From Monocercomonoides exilis PA203 (taxonomy: Eukaryota; Protista; Preaxostyla): a stretch of 64,000 nucleotides of DNA. The position numbers were made by a program, and so were the translations under genes. The notes below the pieces were generated by a model. That model was not told the origin of the DNA, ran no database searches, and saw only the letters and a program-made list of their open reading frames with translations. Positions 1 through 14,300 of the stretch are shown one piece after another. The DNA lies in assembly GCA_001643675.2 (NCBI GenBank), contig LSRY02000027.1, positions 744,001 through 808,000 on the forward strand, read 5' to 3'. The stretch's first letter is position 1. Every line of letters starts with the position of its first letter.

Positions 1-587
1 GTGTTATGTGATTCTTGAGAATTATCAGTTGAAGAACGAGGAGGATTTGTGACAGCTTTTCCCGTCACCTGGCATGCAGATGATGAATTCAACAATGGAA
101 AACGAGCCGTTGTTCCATAACTAGTTCCAGCAAATGAATGAGAAGTTGAAAGTTTTGGCTTCACCTGTTTTCCGTCAAAAGTACTGCTGCCTAAGTATGA
201 AGGCGAACCATGTGGAGAGACAAGCGCAAATCTTGATGTTTGCCGGGCCGAGGTTGGACGATCAACAAACCTTGTGTCTATCGTTATTTCACCATGGCTA
301 GTTACAGATTTCGCTTCTCCACTTGTCGTTTGCGGAAAGGAAGAAATTAGAGAGGAATGCGTTTGAATTGGACTGTTATATACTCTTTTAACTGGAGAAG
401 ATAAATAACTTACTGAAGATACGGAACTGAAAGTTGAAGGAGAACGTCTAAGATCTGGTGGGGGAATTGTGTAACTCTTTTTTTCGCTCAAAGAATTACT
501 TTCACCGTAATTGATTGAAATACTTGGCGTTGAAACTACACTGGGTGATTTGTGCAAAACCGCGCTCTTTGGGCGTTTTTCTTCCAT
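1..587 (-). CDS. Partial CDS (5' end; continues beyond window start), Ser/Pro/Thr-rich hypothetical protein
   Basis: ATG at 587 on minus strand (MEEKRPKSAVLHKSPSVVSTPS...PPPDLRRSPSTFSS...). Read open by hand to ~240, and no closed ORF in this frame appears in the track, consistent with run-off. An upstream exon cannot be excluded. Confidence 0.7.
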   Translation of the reverse strand, partial: MEEKRPKSAVLHKSPSVVSTPSISINYGESNSLSEKKSYTIPPPDLRRSPSTFSSVSSVSYLSSPVKRVYNSPIQTHSSLISSFPQTTSGEAKSVTSHGEITIDTRFVDRPTSARQTSRFALVSPHGSPSYLGSSTFDGKQVKPKLSTSHSFAGTSYGTTARFPLLNSSSACQVTGKAVTNPPRSSTDNSQESHN

Positions 588-1181
588 AAAACTTCAAAAT
601 AAGCAAAAATAAAGATTTTATTGATCGTGCGCATAACAATTTGTTTCGTGATATTTTTTGTTTCTAAACATTCTCGCACATACACATGAAATTCTTTGGA
701 AAAAGTCAATAAACATGTTATAAACATAATAAACAATTTGAGATATTTATTAAGTGAATATTTTATTTTTGAATAATGTTTGTTTTGATTAATAATCGAA
801 AGGCAAATATCTGCTTTCTGTATTAACCTTGTCTTTTCATTCTTTTCGACAAAAGACTTGAAGCATTCCTTTTTGAGCTAAAAACTGAAAAAAAATTAGA
901 AAAAGATATCCCCCAAATCTAAAAATACTTTGATTTTATCTATAAAAATATCTAATAATCTGAAAATTATTTCTTTATTTTCGAGATAATAATTCATTCA
1001 ACACATAATAAACGTTAACATCATAATATTTTTTTAAAATAAATAAAAATTCATTTTAAAGAATTTCAAATTAAAAAAAATCTAATTTTTTGTGATATGT
1101 TCTCATTCAACAAAATCTGAAACATATTTGATATGAGTATCAAACGATACCTTCCACAATTTTCAGTAAAAAAAATGCATT

Positions 1182-4100
1182 TTACATCATCAACGTTGCG
1201 TCCTCTATTTGTTTTTGCTCCTCTTCACTGACATCGTCCTGTGGAATAAGATCCACACTATCATCGTCATCGTAGTCTTCCTGCCCGCTTCTGCCAAAAT
1301 CACCCATCAACTCTCCAGTGAAGCTGTTGATAATCGGTGGTGCATATTCGCTTGGCAACGGAATCATTCCCTGGCCTTCTGCCAGTTCATCATACTGTGT
1401 CGGTTCTGAACCAACAACAGCTCCTTCGACAGTTTCATCAGCATTTCCTTCACCACTCTGTTTCCCAGCTGGATTGGGTGTTGAAGCTTCGCTTGACACC
1501 CTGTTGCTGTCAGATTCAGCCAGTTTAGAAGACACTGTACTTGAGCTTCGATCAGGTACTTCTTCATTCAACAGCAGCCTCAATTGGCTTCTCCGTATGC
1601 TTTTCTCTTTCAGATCGACAATTGTGTCTGTGGAAGCTGACAGCAGGCGCTGCAGTTGCAATGCTCTTTGATCAGCCTGCGTGTGGTGATGATAGAACGA
1701 GTTGCTTAGCAATTCTGAAGGCGTCGGAGAATCACTCGAAATGGAGCTCGCCAATGTCGAAGCTGATTCGTCCATGTAGCCCTGAGAACTAGCACGAGAA
1801 ACAGATGAAGGCGGGATATCTTCGGGAGCAGTGCCACAAGCAACAGGACTGGATTCTTTAGCTTCATCTGATTCTTTTGATTCTTTTGCTTGTTCGAGTC
1901 TTCGTTTTTCCTCAGCCTCTTGCTCTTCCAGTTCAGCCAATCTCTGCATCAGCCTTGTCCTCTCCTCTTCGATGTCTTCCATTATCTCATACAATCTTTC
2001 TCCCAATTCTCTCACCCAGTCAATTCCGTATTCTTTCTCCATCTCTGCAATGATCCGTGGCAGCTCTGCTTCAAAGTCCACCTCTCCGCAGAGATCAGGA
2101 TCAGCAGAAGACAGCTTAATCTCATAGCTCATCTGCAAACGCCTCGAAATCTGTTCAGGAGCTAATGTTGTGGATTGATTCCCAGTTGATTGAATGGCAC
2201 AATTAGATTGAATTTGACCTCTTGTTGTTGAAGTTACAAGTGAGGGTGATGTTGCCAGTTGCTGAGTGCTTTCTCTATTTTCTACTGGCAGCGAAAGAGG
2301 CTCTGGAGCTAATTCCTCGTGTTTGCGTATCGCGTTTTCATCTTCTGTCGGTTTTTCTTCTTCCTTTGAATCATCAGTCTTTTGCGTTCCACTTTGTTCA
2401 GTTTCTTGCGTTTGGTCATTTTCTTCTTTGCTCTTCTCTTTTTCTTCCAGATGTTTGTTTTTAACAATTGTATCCAATTTGTTCAATGCATCTTCAATCG
2501 AACAAGCTTTCATCCTCATCATTGCATTCAAAATGACTCTCGAATCGTATCTCCTCTTCGCCTCTGCCCTTTCTGCTGCTTCAGCCTCTCTTTCCTGAGT
2601 CTTCCGCATGTGCCCTTCAATATCGTCCTCTTCTGTGTGGATGTTGGCCTCCTCGTCTGCCATAATCGTGTCCATGTGGCAGAGCGGGCCGTACTGAATC
2701 ACATCAACCGTCAACACAGGCGCCACATGCGTCTCATCAACCACAGAACTGGGGAATGTCACAAGTGTGTTGTGGAATGCAATATATTTCGTGATCTGTG
2801 TCAGAATTGAACCAAGTGTTGATAGTTTCAAGTAGTGTGACGACGACATCTGGGCATAGTCAGATAAAGCAGAGAAGAACGATGGATCATTGCCCTGTAT
2901 AGGTGGAGGCAGCTTCGGTGAATTTGAGGCAGTTGAGATGAATGAAGAAGAAGTCAGCGAGGCAGATGCTTGAGTCGTCTGCGGTGAAATAGGAACATGA
3001 GGTGTGGAATCAGCATACATTTGGGTAACAGAACTGCAAGTTTCAGGATGCGACAAGGGGCTTTGGGTGATTGAAGGATTCACAGAATACAGAGATGGGG
3101 AGCTTGTGCCTGTTGAGTGAGAAGAAAGAATAGGAGCATTTTGCACTTTGTTCTGGGATGCAAACACAGAAGATGATTGTGGTGTGCGAGGAGGAGCTGG
3201 AGAAGACAAGACATTGGAAGATGAATACGGCAAATGCGGCTGTGATGATGTGGGCTGAGTGTTTGGCGCTCCAAAGGGAGAAGCAGAAGGCGACGTCAGT
3301 GATGAATTCGGCGAAAGAGGAGTGCGGATGTTTGCGGGTGTGGTGACAGAGTCAGGTGATTGTGGAATTGGCGTGGAGCCACTGCTTCGTGTGTTCGGCT
3401 GGTGAAAGAAGATGCCGTGTGGAGGGCGTGGAAGAGGAAGAGGATGGTTCAAGTTCGAAAGGCCGATGGGAGCAAGCAGTGTTTCAGGAAGCGGCTGGAG
3501 TATAGCAGAGGTAGAGGTGTTGGAAGGATTGTAGTAATCGCGGAGGGTTCGGAGGAGGACAGAAACGAATGTGGAAGATGAGAAAAATTGCATAGGCGAT
3601 TGTGGGTGAAGAGATGGGGAGTGTAAAGAAGCAGGAGAAATGGTAGAGGTAGAGGGATATAAAGTAGAAGAGAAAGAAGGATTTACAGGATAATGTGTGA
3701 AAGACGAAGAGGTTGATGTGTGGAGGGTGTAGTTATGGAACAAAGAAGAAGAAGGCAAATTAGAAGAAGAAAACATAGGTGATTGGCGATTCTCTGAAAG
3801 TGGTGATTGGGATAAGCTTGGATGTGCAGCATGCTGATGGAGGGTATTTATTGTTGGTGAAGAGTTCATCGAATTTGACGGAGAAGAAATGGAAGATGGA
3901 GAGCGGATGTAAGTCGAGGTTGGGGAAAGAGATTTAGAAATAAGTGAGTCAAGTGCGGTGTTGTTGGGTAAAGAGAAATTCTGAGGTGAATGTGAGATTG
4001 GGATGGAAGATACAAGCGTGGGTGAGGCAGAGGTGTTGGAGAGTGAAGGAAGTGAGCAGGAAGAAGGAGAATTGTTGGCAGAAGCAGAATGAGCGTAAAC

Positions 4101-5273
4101 AGAATCACCAGAATGAACAGGAACAACTGGTGCAACTGCAACAGCAACAGCTGCAGGCGATGCTGGCGGGGTTGGTGTTGATGGTTGATTGGGATCTGAA
4201 GAAGAAGAAGGAGCAGAAGAGAAAGAGGAAGAGAGAGAAGAAGAAGCAGAAGAAGCAGACAGTGTCGGAGGCACAGCAGCCGGCTGAGTGCCTGCACGGA
4301 ACTGCCAGCTGCTGCTTGTCTCACACTGTGCCAGTTTGGATGAAGCTCTCACACCCTGCGACTCATCATGATGCATAATGCGTCCATCATAGCCAGTGGC
4401 TACCATTGCCAACGGCATTGATTGCGTTGACTGCATCGAAGACAGAAGATTCGATTCGTGTGTCTCTTTGGCTCGCATTTTGCTTTCTCGCTTCAGTGCT
4501 TTTTCTTCTTTTTCTCTCATTTTCTCCTCCAAAAGTCTCAAGTTGCGGTAGTTCTCCAGCCCATCCTTCTTGTTCTTCTTCAGTTTGGCCTCTGCGATCT
4601 TCGCTTCCCTCATCATCCGCTCGACCATCAGCACACGCGATGCCACCAGCGCTGCTGTCGTCTCCCCAGCAATCAGCTCTGTCTGCGGCGGCGTCAGCTT
4701 CAGCAGCAGCACACTCGCCTCGTTCGGACCACAGTAGTCATACGCAGAGAACACAGTGACCACTCTGTTTTCGTGTGAAGCAGCAAACCCTCTCGGGAAG
4801 AACTGATGCGCCCTGACCAGCATATCAATCCTGTTCGACGCCATGAATCTTCGGCAGGTGTCTAACGAGTAAGGACATCTGTTCCCATTGGGCAAGTCAA
4901 CATCACCGGGATCTGCCCACAGCGTGGTGTGCTGAATGTCCTGCATTCGATAGCGTGGGTGTCCAAAGTTCCAGCGTCTTGCAGAGGGGTCCTCACACTC
5001 TGCAAAGTAGTCGAAGCGGCTCATCTTCGGCATCTCCTCCTCGACATTCAGGCAAGGCACCATCGATGTGAATCCCCCGTGGCAGATGAGGATGCGCCGC
5101 TCTTCGATGAACGGAGCAGGAGGAGGAGAAGGAAGAAGGGAGGCTTTTGTGAGGAGGGCGGAGTGGTGGGCTTTGAGGAGCTCGGTGAATGTGGACGGGA
5201 ATGCGGAGGAAAGGAGAAGAGGCGGCGGGATGAAGGGAGGGGGAGGAAGATATGTGGAAAGAGGATGAGAAAG

Positions 5274-5304
<31 letters not shown>

Positions 5305-8300
5305 TTGTCCAATGGCTGCAGAGCAGAGGTAGATTGCTGTGGTGAACTGATAAAAGAAGGTCGAAGATATTCTGGTTTCTGAATTAGGTTGGCATATCCT
5401 TTGCTGCTATTGTAGTTGCTGTTGATTCCATAACTCTCAGAGGAACTGCTATTCCCGGCTGGATTTGAGCACGAAAGAGAATCAAAGCTGAGCAAACCAG
5501 TGGACGAGGCAAGCGGAACTGATTCTTGTGTTGATCGATTGTTAGCAGTATTTTCATTGGAGCCTATCATTTGTTGTTGTTGTTGCTCTTTCAATGAATT
5601 CTTTGTCTCCAAAGATGACAACGATGATGAATTGAGCAGACTTTTATGGAATGATTCGATAAAGCGTGCTCTGCGTGCGCTTCGTTCGTTTTCTCCCTTT
5701 TCTGACTCCGACATATTCTCAATATGAGGAATAACAGGAAGTGGAGGATGGTACTTCAGAGTAGCCAAGATAGAAATAGGCATGTTGTTGAACAGATCCA
5801 AGAAGCGTGCATAGAGTGGATGCTTCACCCGATACTCATATCTTCCATACTGGTTCAAAATACGAGCGCCAGGTGGCAGTTCCAATGGAAATTTCTCAAA
5901 CAGCTCTTCATTGAAACCCCAGTCAAACGATCGATAGGACTCGTGATTCCCTCTCATCATAAACACGCGATGAGGCAGTGCCAGACGGTACAGCAGGAGC
6001 AACAGAATCACTTCGAGTGAGTTTTTCCCTCTGTCCACGTAGTCTCCCAGGAACACCACACACGACCTCCCATGTGGAGCAGTGATGACCTGGTCGAGCA
6101 CTTCGAGTGCAGAGCGGAGGGAGTTCAATGAGCCATGTATATCCCCCACAACCAGCAGCCCATGCATGTTGTCACGTTCGTCTGCAGTGCCTGGATCAGG
6201 CGCGTTGTCGCAGGAAGCGTCGATCCGAGCAGAGTGAGAGAGGAGAAGAGGCTTCGAATGAGGAGGAAGTGGGGGCATTCCTGTGGATGGATTGGCTTGT
6301 GACTCAGTTTCATTGGGATTATTGCAATCGGGTGAGTCAATAGAGGATATGATCTTTTTGTAGGCTGTGATAGTCTCCATCGAAAGTGGGTTGTCGTATT
6401 CATCGCTGCACTTGTTCTTTGTGAAAGCATCTTCATCCAAATCTTTCCCATTATTATTATCAGCACTTTTCCCATTTGAATTAACTTTTCCTTTCCTTTT
6501 CTTGTTCTCCTTCGCTTTCATCTGCTCCTTTGAGGCATAGCTAACTGCCCTGCCTTTGCGGAACCCTGGTCCAAAGTGTACTTCAATCTGACTCAGCATC
6601 GCCGTCCCTGGCTTTGTGTAATGTGCCTTAGCAAGTGTCAGAATGTTATCCACCATTTCAGCTGAGAAATGCAGTGAAAGCTGGCCAGTTGTTGGAGAAT
6701 AGCGCGAATATATCATTCTTCTTACTTGTGCCACAAACAACAAGGTAATCCCATCTTCTGTTGTTGGAAACTGCAGCTGCGGTGGTGGGAAGGGATCTCT
6801 TAACTTGCACATCTTCATCGGTGTTCTGTGCCAGCCAAAGCGGAAAGTCACTTGGCGCGGGTCAAACAAAGTGGAAGGGTAGATCGAGGCAGCGGTGGCA
6901 GAGGAGCAGCGGTAGAAGGAGCGGGAGATGCGCTTGCGGAAGCGAGGGGGCACAACAGGGAGGACAGCAGTGCATTTGGAGGAGTCTGAGGAAGAAGAAT
7001 TAGAATTAGAATTAGAAGAGGAAGAAGAGGAAGATGATGATGAATTGGTTAAAGCAGAAGAAGGAGGTGGAGAGAGACAAGGAGAGAAAGAAGGAGTGGA
7101 CAAAGCAGAAGCAGACGAACGGAGAGGAGAAGGTGTGATGGAGCCATCAGGATGGTGTGAATCGAGCTGTGGTGAAGATGAACTGGCTTTGACATCAGCA
7201 AATGGATGAATAGTGCGGGTGGGCGTAGAAAGAGAAGAAAGAGAAGCAGCAGCGGCAGAAGAGGAAGAGGAAGAGGAATTTAATGATGCTGATGATGATA
7301 ATGATGATGTTAGTGACGCAGAATTTGAGCCAGTTGGAGCTGACACAAAGGAAGGAGAAGCAGAAGGCTGGGGAACAAGTACAGTTGAAGACGAGTGGCT
7401 GATAAGGGGAGCAGGTGATGTTGGTGTGGATGGAGGAGGATGAGTGGGAAGAGGACACATCGAAGGAATGGTAGATGATGGCACAATAGAAAGCTCTGAA
7501 GAAGAAGAAGAAGTTGAATTTGAATAAATAGGAGAAGATTGCGTTGCAGGAAGAATTGAGATTACTGTTTGTGGAGTGGAAGTGATTGTGCTCAAAGATG
7601 ATGCTGAAGTTTCCAGTAGAGATAGACTTCCAGTTGTTTGTGTCAAATTCTTTTCTTTCTCTCTTTCTCTTTCCTTTTCTTTCTCTTTCTCCCTTTCTCT
7701 CTCTTTTTCTCTCGCCATCATTCTCCTCACCCTCTTCCTCACTTTCTTCACCAGCTCTCTATTTGCTATCTCTTTCTCTCTCTTCACCGCCGCCCTCTTC
7801 GCAAATCTATCTTCTCTTCGGCATATTCGTGCATTCAACTTAGCATCTGCTATCGAGCCCAGCCGCTTCTTCATTCGATTTGTCAACAGATGTGCCCACA
7901 CTTTCATCTTCACTTTTGTTTCCTCTTCTTCTTCCTCTTCGTCTTCGTCGTCTTTCTGGCTGTCACTGGAATCATCATTAGCTTCTTTGTTCTTCTTATC
8001 TAACTGGCTGGATTCTTTTTTTCCTTCACTTTCTTTCATTGCTTTCTCCTTCTCCTTCTCTTTCTCTTTCTCTTTCTCCTTCTCTTTCTCTTCTTTCTCC
8101 TTCCTGTCCTGTTCTTCCTGTGCTTTCTTCTCTGCCATTGAGGACAATGGATGTATATGTGGATCCACACTCTCCCCCACTTCCTTCATCCTCGCCGTTT
8201 GAATTGCCTTCTGCGTCGGCCTGTGTGATACAATAGGGAAATAGCGATGGTGAAGAGGATGATAAATCACTTGGAATGTCAGCTGCCAGGACTCAAACAT

Positions 8301-11300
8301 ACCAACAATACGGCATGTGTGGTTGCACGGAACAAGAGGCGCATGAGATGGAAGAAACGGCTTGAAGATGCGGGGAGGCAAGAAGCAGGATTTGCATGTT
8401 AGAGAAGGAGGGGGATTGGTGAGGTGAAGCAAAGGGTGTGTGCGATGAAGAGGAGGGTGTACGAAGGAGGTGTCATGAAACATCGAAAGAGGGCGAGAAG
8501 GATGAGGGAAGTACATGGAATGGACATGAGGCAGGCTTTTGGGCTGATTGGAGGAGATATCACGGTTGATTCTGAGGTTTTGGAGGGATTTTGATAAGAA
8601 AGGCAAGGAAACATTAACTTTTCTGACAGGTGCATTGACGTCTGACTGAAGGGAAGAAGCAGAAAGTGCAGAAGAAGAGTCGAAAGAAGAAGAAGAAGAA
8701 GGATTCATAGAAATGAATGAAGGAGCCACTGGGAGTGAAGAAGGAGACGAAGGGATCGCCATCTCGGGCACCAGAGGGTGGAAAGCAAAGCTTGACTGTT
8801 CTGCTGTGTATGTGTCCATCGCCTTTCTGATTTTCGCATCGTCGTCAACTTCGGGGAAATAGGCTGCCGACGGAGTAATGTCATCTCCGTTGATGTAGTG
8901 CTTCTCTATCAATTCGTTCACTCGTGATGCATTGCTTGACAGCACACCTCCTCTTTCTCTTGATGCTTTCTCTTCCCACCTCTGCTTCTTCACCTCCTGT
9001 GCATGCCTCTCATTCAAGATCTGTACTGTGGCCTCTCTCATCTTCGACACAAACTCCAATGAGCCAAAATCGTCCCATAGATCTTCAAACTTCTCAATCG
9101 CCAGCCACATTCGGTGCCTTTCGTGCTGTCGGAACAGACGCTGCGCACGCCGACTCAATTGAATGCGTTTTTGCTGTTTGACTTTTCTTTTTGAGTGTGT
9201 TTTGTTGCTTGCGCTGTCGGATCGTGCAGTTGGCTGGGTGAAAAGAGAAGTTTGAGAGGAATTCTTTTCGAGTGTGCTGAAAACAGGTGTGGGCGCAAAT
9301 ACATTTGAAGCAGAAGAAGAAACAACAACAGCAGCAGCAGAAGATGACGAAGAATTGCTGTTGTTTCGTGGAAGACAAGGGCTAAGCTGATGTGACTGTA
9401 ATTGATTCACATTCAACGTAGATGTTGCCAGTGCAGAAGAAATATCTTGTGAGCTATCAATCTTTTGAACAGTATTTTCCTTTGCAATCTCCTGTTTCCT
9501 TGTTTTGTTCATCTTTCTCATTCTTCTGCGTGCTTTCCTCTTTTGCCTCTCTCTCCGCTCTTCTCTGCTGATGCCGTATGTCCACTCCACATCCTCTGCA
9601 TCATACAGTCTGTTGCACCATTCCCCTTCGCTCTCTTCTTCATCCTCGAACTGCGTGAACCACCTGTCCATCGCACGCATCTTGTTTGGCTGAACTGAAA
9701 TGGATGGACGGAATGCCACTGCTAAGTCTTCAGATACAGCTGTTGAAGAGGAAGAAGATGAAGAGGAAGCAGATTCAGCAGAGCCATCGGCTGCATTGCT
9801 TTCATCGTCGCCTTTGGAGATATCAGCAGATGATTGTGTGTTGTTGTTGTTATTGCTTGGTGATAGAGGTATTCTCTGTGTCTTTGTCGGCTGCAGTGGC
9901 TGCATTAAGCTTAATGCGGTGACTCGATTTATGTTTGACTTCTCTTTTCTCTCAGAATCTTCTCTTTCTTCGCTGCTGACTCCAACCATCAGCACATCTT
10001 CATCACTCAGCCCTTCTCCTTTCACTTCCGCCAATGAGCTCTTCTGCTTCTTTGTCTTTCTGTGCCTTCCTCCTCCTCCTCTTCCTTCTGAAATTGTGTT
10101 CTCTTCTCCACTCTCTTCATTGAAGCTGCTTGTCTCTCCATCATCCCCTCCATACGACGAAGACGATGACAATTCATCCAGAAAGAACCCTGTCTCATTC
10201 AACTGCTCTCTCGCTTTCTCCCACACAAACGCTGCTGCCTCTTCTTCCCTCTGGAAATCCTCCTCTTCCAGCTGGTGCGGATCCCACTCTCTGATCTTCC
10301 TTCTGTGTCTTCCACAGCAGCAGCGATGGCGACGTCTTTTTGGCACATTCAACCCTCTCAAGCGCTGGGGTGTCTTCAGAACACTCGGCGAGGCAGAGAA
10401 GGAGTCTCTGTCGTCTCTGGCGGCGATGTACGGGGTGAGAGAATTCAACGTCGGGTGTGCTTGGACAGGGTGGGTGAGCAAGTGAGTGGAAGGCGAGGGA
10501 ACAGACTGGCTGCACTCCAAAGAGCTGTAGTTGGATGAGAACTGGAGAAATGGCTGGGATTGCTCATATTCTCCTTCGACAGACGCAGAAAATGGAGATG
10601 CCAATGAAGAGGAGGAGGAAGAAGAAGAATTAGAAGAAGCATTTGGCACAAGAACTGCAGCAGGAGCAGTTGGTGAGCTGTTCAAAATGGCCGATGCAGG
10701 AATCTCCTTAGCTTTCTTCGCAGTCAGCGAAGAAGGCGCGTATTTGGACTGGCTGCGGAGTGTGGGTGGAGGAGAAGGTGATGGGCGCAGATCGCCTGCA
10801 TTTGTAGGAGAATAAGGCGGAGGAGGAGAAACAGTGGCATCTGCTTGCTGTTGCTGCTGCTGCTGTTGTTGTTGTTGAGCGTTTTCTCCCTCTGGGCTGG
10901 CTGTTTTGCTCTTTTCCTTTGAGTATTCCTGACTGGCCCCAAAGTCTACAGAGGTTCCGCGTGCTTCCATCAATCTGGACTTTGCTTCTTCTTCGCTTTT
11001 GTCTCCTGCTTCATTGTCAAATTCATTGTAATCATCGTCTTCTTCTTCGTCATCTGTTTCTCCGGTTCGCATCTCATCTTCGACTCTTCTGTCAAACACT
11101 GAGCAGTCCAGCATCAACCGCTGTGTCTTGTCAATTGCCAGTGCAGATTCAGATTTCCTCTTTTGCCTCTCCCTCAGCTCTGATAGCACTTCCTTCATCA
11201 GCTCTTTTTCTCGCTCTATTTCTCTTTTTCTTTCGATGCTCATTGCATCTTCTGTTTGTTTCTCTGAAAGAGACACTGGATTATCCAATGAAATTGCTCC

Positions 11301-14300
11301 GTTTTGCGAGCTGGCAGCAGCAAGAAGAGAAGCTGTTGGGAGAGAAGAAAGAGGAGGATACGAAGAATTGCCATCAAATGTTGCATTCCCGTCAAACACC
11401 TGCTGCTTGGGCACGAAGGGGGAGATGGTGACACTGAAGTTCGATGAGCCAGATGGAAGTAATTCTGCTGTGTTCAAGACAGGCTGTGAGAGCGTGGAGT
11501 GCATCATGGAACCAGAAAACGAGGAAGCCAAAGGAGAAGGCGTGGAGACAGAGGAAAACGAGACAGAAGAAGAAGAAGAAGAAGAAGAAGAAGACATTGA
11601 ACCAGAAGCGATCGAAGAGCCAGAGCCAAAGCGCTGAGATTCTGGAGAGTAGAGCGGAGAAGGCATTGTCATGAATGAAAGAGGAGAAGAGACTAATTCA
11701 GGTACTGGGCCAGACAAACGAGAAGATCCAGTGCTTGAAATAGAAGAAGAAGAAGAAATAGAAGAAGAGGATAAGGAAGAGGAAGAGGAGGAAGAAGAAG
11801 ACAACAATGATGATGAAGCTGACGATGCTTGCTGATAAGAAAGTGACGATGAGAAAGACGAGGAAGGCGGGTTTGGTGTCATTGTGGCGTAACTTGAGCG
11901 GAACAAGGCAGCTGTTGAAGAACTCGGCAGCTCAAACTGCATTCCTCCTTCTCTGTTTCCGTATCTGCCTTCTTCCCCAATCTTCTCTTTCCTCTCGTTC
12001 TTGTGCTTTGCCAGCGTGAATTCGGGTTTCCCTTCTCCAATAAACCTTCTCCACGACAAGTACAGCGCTGTCTGGCTCATGTTCTGCATCTTCTTCCGCA
12101 GCTTCCTCTGCTGCCTGTGCCTCTCTCTCCTCAGCTTAGCTGCCCGCATCGCCCGCTCCCTCTCCTTCTTGTTCTGCTCGGCCATTCGCATCCGCCTTAT
12201 CCGCGCTCTTGCGCTTGCGTCTCTCATTGAAGAAGCATTGGACAAGCCTGCAAAGTTCATCCTCGGTGTAGACGAAGAAGAAAATCTTCTGTTTGTTTGT
12301 GGAGTGCTGCCACTGCCGATTGTCATTCTCCGCTTTGTCAGAGGCGAATTGGTAAGAGAAGAAGACATGTTGTATGTGCCGAGGGAAGAAGGAAGGGGTG
12401 CTTGTGTGTGCGACGAAGGAGAAAGAGAGCTTGTGGAGGCAGAGGGGGCCAAATAGAGTGAGTGAGATCTCTCTATGCGCCCGGGCACAGCAACAGGAGA
12501 AGCAGAATTTGAAGAAGAAGAAGAGGAAAAAGAAGAAGAAGAAGAAGGAACCAATGAAGAGATGGAAGGAGAATAAGAGCTTGCAGCCTTCATCATCGAC
12601 GGGGCATAGCTCGACATGCTTCTTCCTCTCCCTTTCACTTCGCTTCTGTTTGGTGTGTCTGCTGAAGGCGAAGACAAAAATGAAGAAGGTGTGGAAGACT
12701 GAGAAAGGGCAGAGAGTGTTGACTGTGAGGGACTTTGACTCACATTTGCATTTGTATTTGTATTTCCATACAGTTTCGAAGCAATCCGCTTTCCTTCTGC
12801 TGTGAGTGTGTATGTGCTGCGTGAAGAAGAAGAAGAAGCAAAAGCCTGTCTCCGCTTTATCCGCTCTGTCTTCGCACTCTGCGGCACCTTTGCAAACGAA
12901 TCGCTTCTGCGCAAGTCGCCATCGTCATTCGCAAACATCCTCTTTGCAACTTTCTCGTTTCCTCCTTCTCTTTTCTCTGCCTCACCTCGTCTTGTCCCCT
13001 GTGTGAAGGTCGATCTATGCTTCAGTGAGGGTACTTTACTTGTGCTTTCATCGCTTCCTCTTCCTTCTTTCGATGCAGACGTTCCTCTTGTTGACTCGTG
13101 CTGTGCAGAAGCAGAAGACAGCAGGGCAGTCGACGACGAGAAGCCGTCTTTGGAAAGCTTCATGTTCTGCTCGTGCTCTCTTTCTGGTGTGAATGTCTTC
13201 GATCTCTCTCTCTGTGGCTTCATCAGCATCGAGTGCTGACGGACAAGTGTGCCTCTTCTTCCCTGTTGCTGCTGCTGCTGTTGCAAAGCAGAAGAATTGC
13301 TGCTAATCCCTCCTTTTTTCATCGTGTGCCCGTCTTTCCCTTTCTCCTCCTCTTTCTCCCTCGATCTCGCCCTGAGCCCTCTCCGCTCGGCAAATCGCTT
13401 CGCCTCCAAAACAATCCGCGTAAAGTGTTCTTCTCTTGCTATCCGCTTCACCAGCCTTCTCAATGCCCTTCCATACTCTCCTCTATGTGCAGCAGAGGTG
13501 TGGATCGAATACGGCGCCAGTATCTTCTCCCTCAGCGCTGCCAGTAGCACACGCGCAAACCGCACTTCTTCCAGAAATGTGAGGCTTTCTGAGCTGTTTG
13601 AAGAGTCTGTGGTGGACAAGGCATTGGCAGTGGTAGTTGTTGTAGCTTGCATCGTTGGTAGTGAGTTATTTGAATTCCCAGAAGCATCAGCAGCAGCACC
13701 CGACGAAGAAGAAGAATGAGAAGTTGATGCTATTAATGATCCAGGTGCCCACACATCCGCCACAAGAATCGGCTCTTCTGCTGTCCCATCGTCAAACTCC
13801 TCGTCCTCCATGTCCACGCGCCACCGCTGCCCGTCCCGCTCTGCATCGAACGTGCCTCTGTTGCCGCCCTTGTTCCGCTTCATCATCGTCTGCACTCCTG
13901 TGCCCAGGTTCGCATTCGACGGCAGAGTGTGCCGTGTCTGCGCATTGCCTGGCTGGTAGCTGTCTTCGCAGGGCATCTCTGTGTAGTTCGGAATATACAC
14001 AGCCACTTCGCCCTTTTCGTTGAATGCAGCCACTCTTCCGTTCACATCCAGGTCGCTGATTGGAGAAGGCGGTGTCTTCGTCGACGGGCGGGTGAAGACA
14101 GCCAAGTTGCGCATCACAGTGATCAGTGGCATGTCTGCTGGAAAGACACACTGGCTGATCAGCCGCCTTCCTTGTGTCATAATCAGGATGAGCGAGGAAG
14201 ACGGGTGTGCCGGCGGAGAAAGAGAAGGAGGAAGGGAGACTGTTCTTGAGAGGGACTCAGAAGGAGAGGTTGGAATCGTTCGCTGTGTGGATGCTGTGGT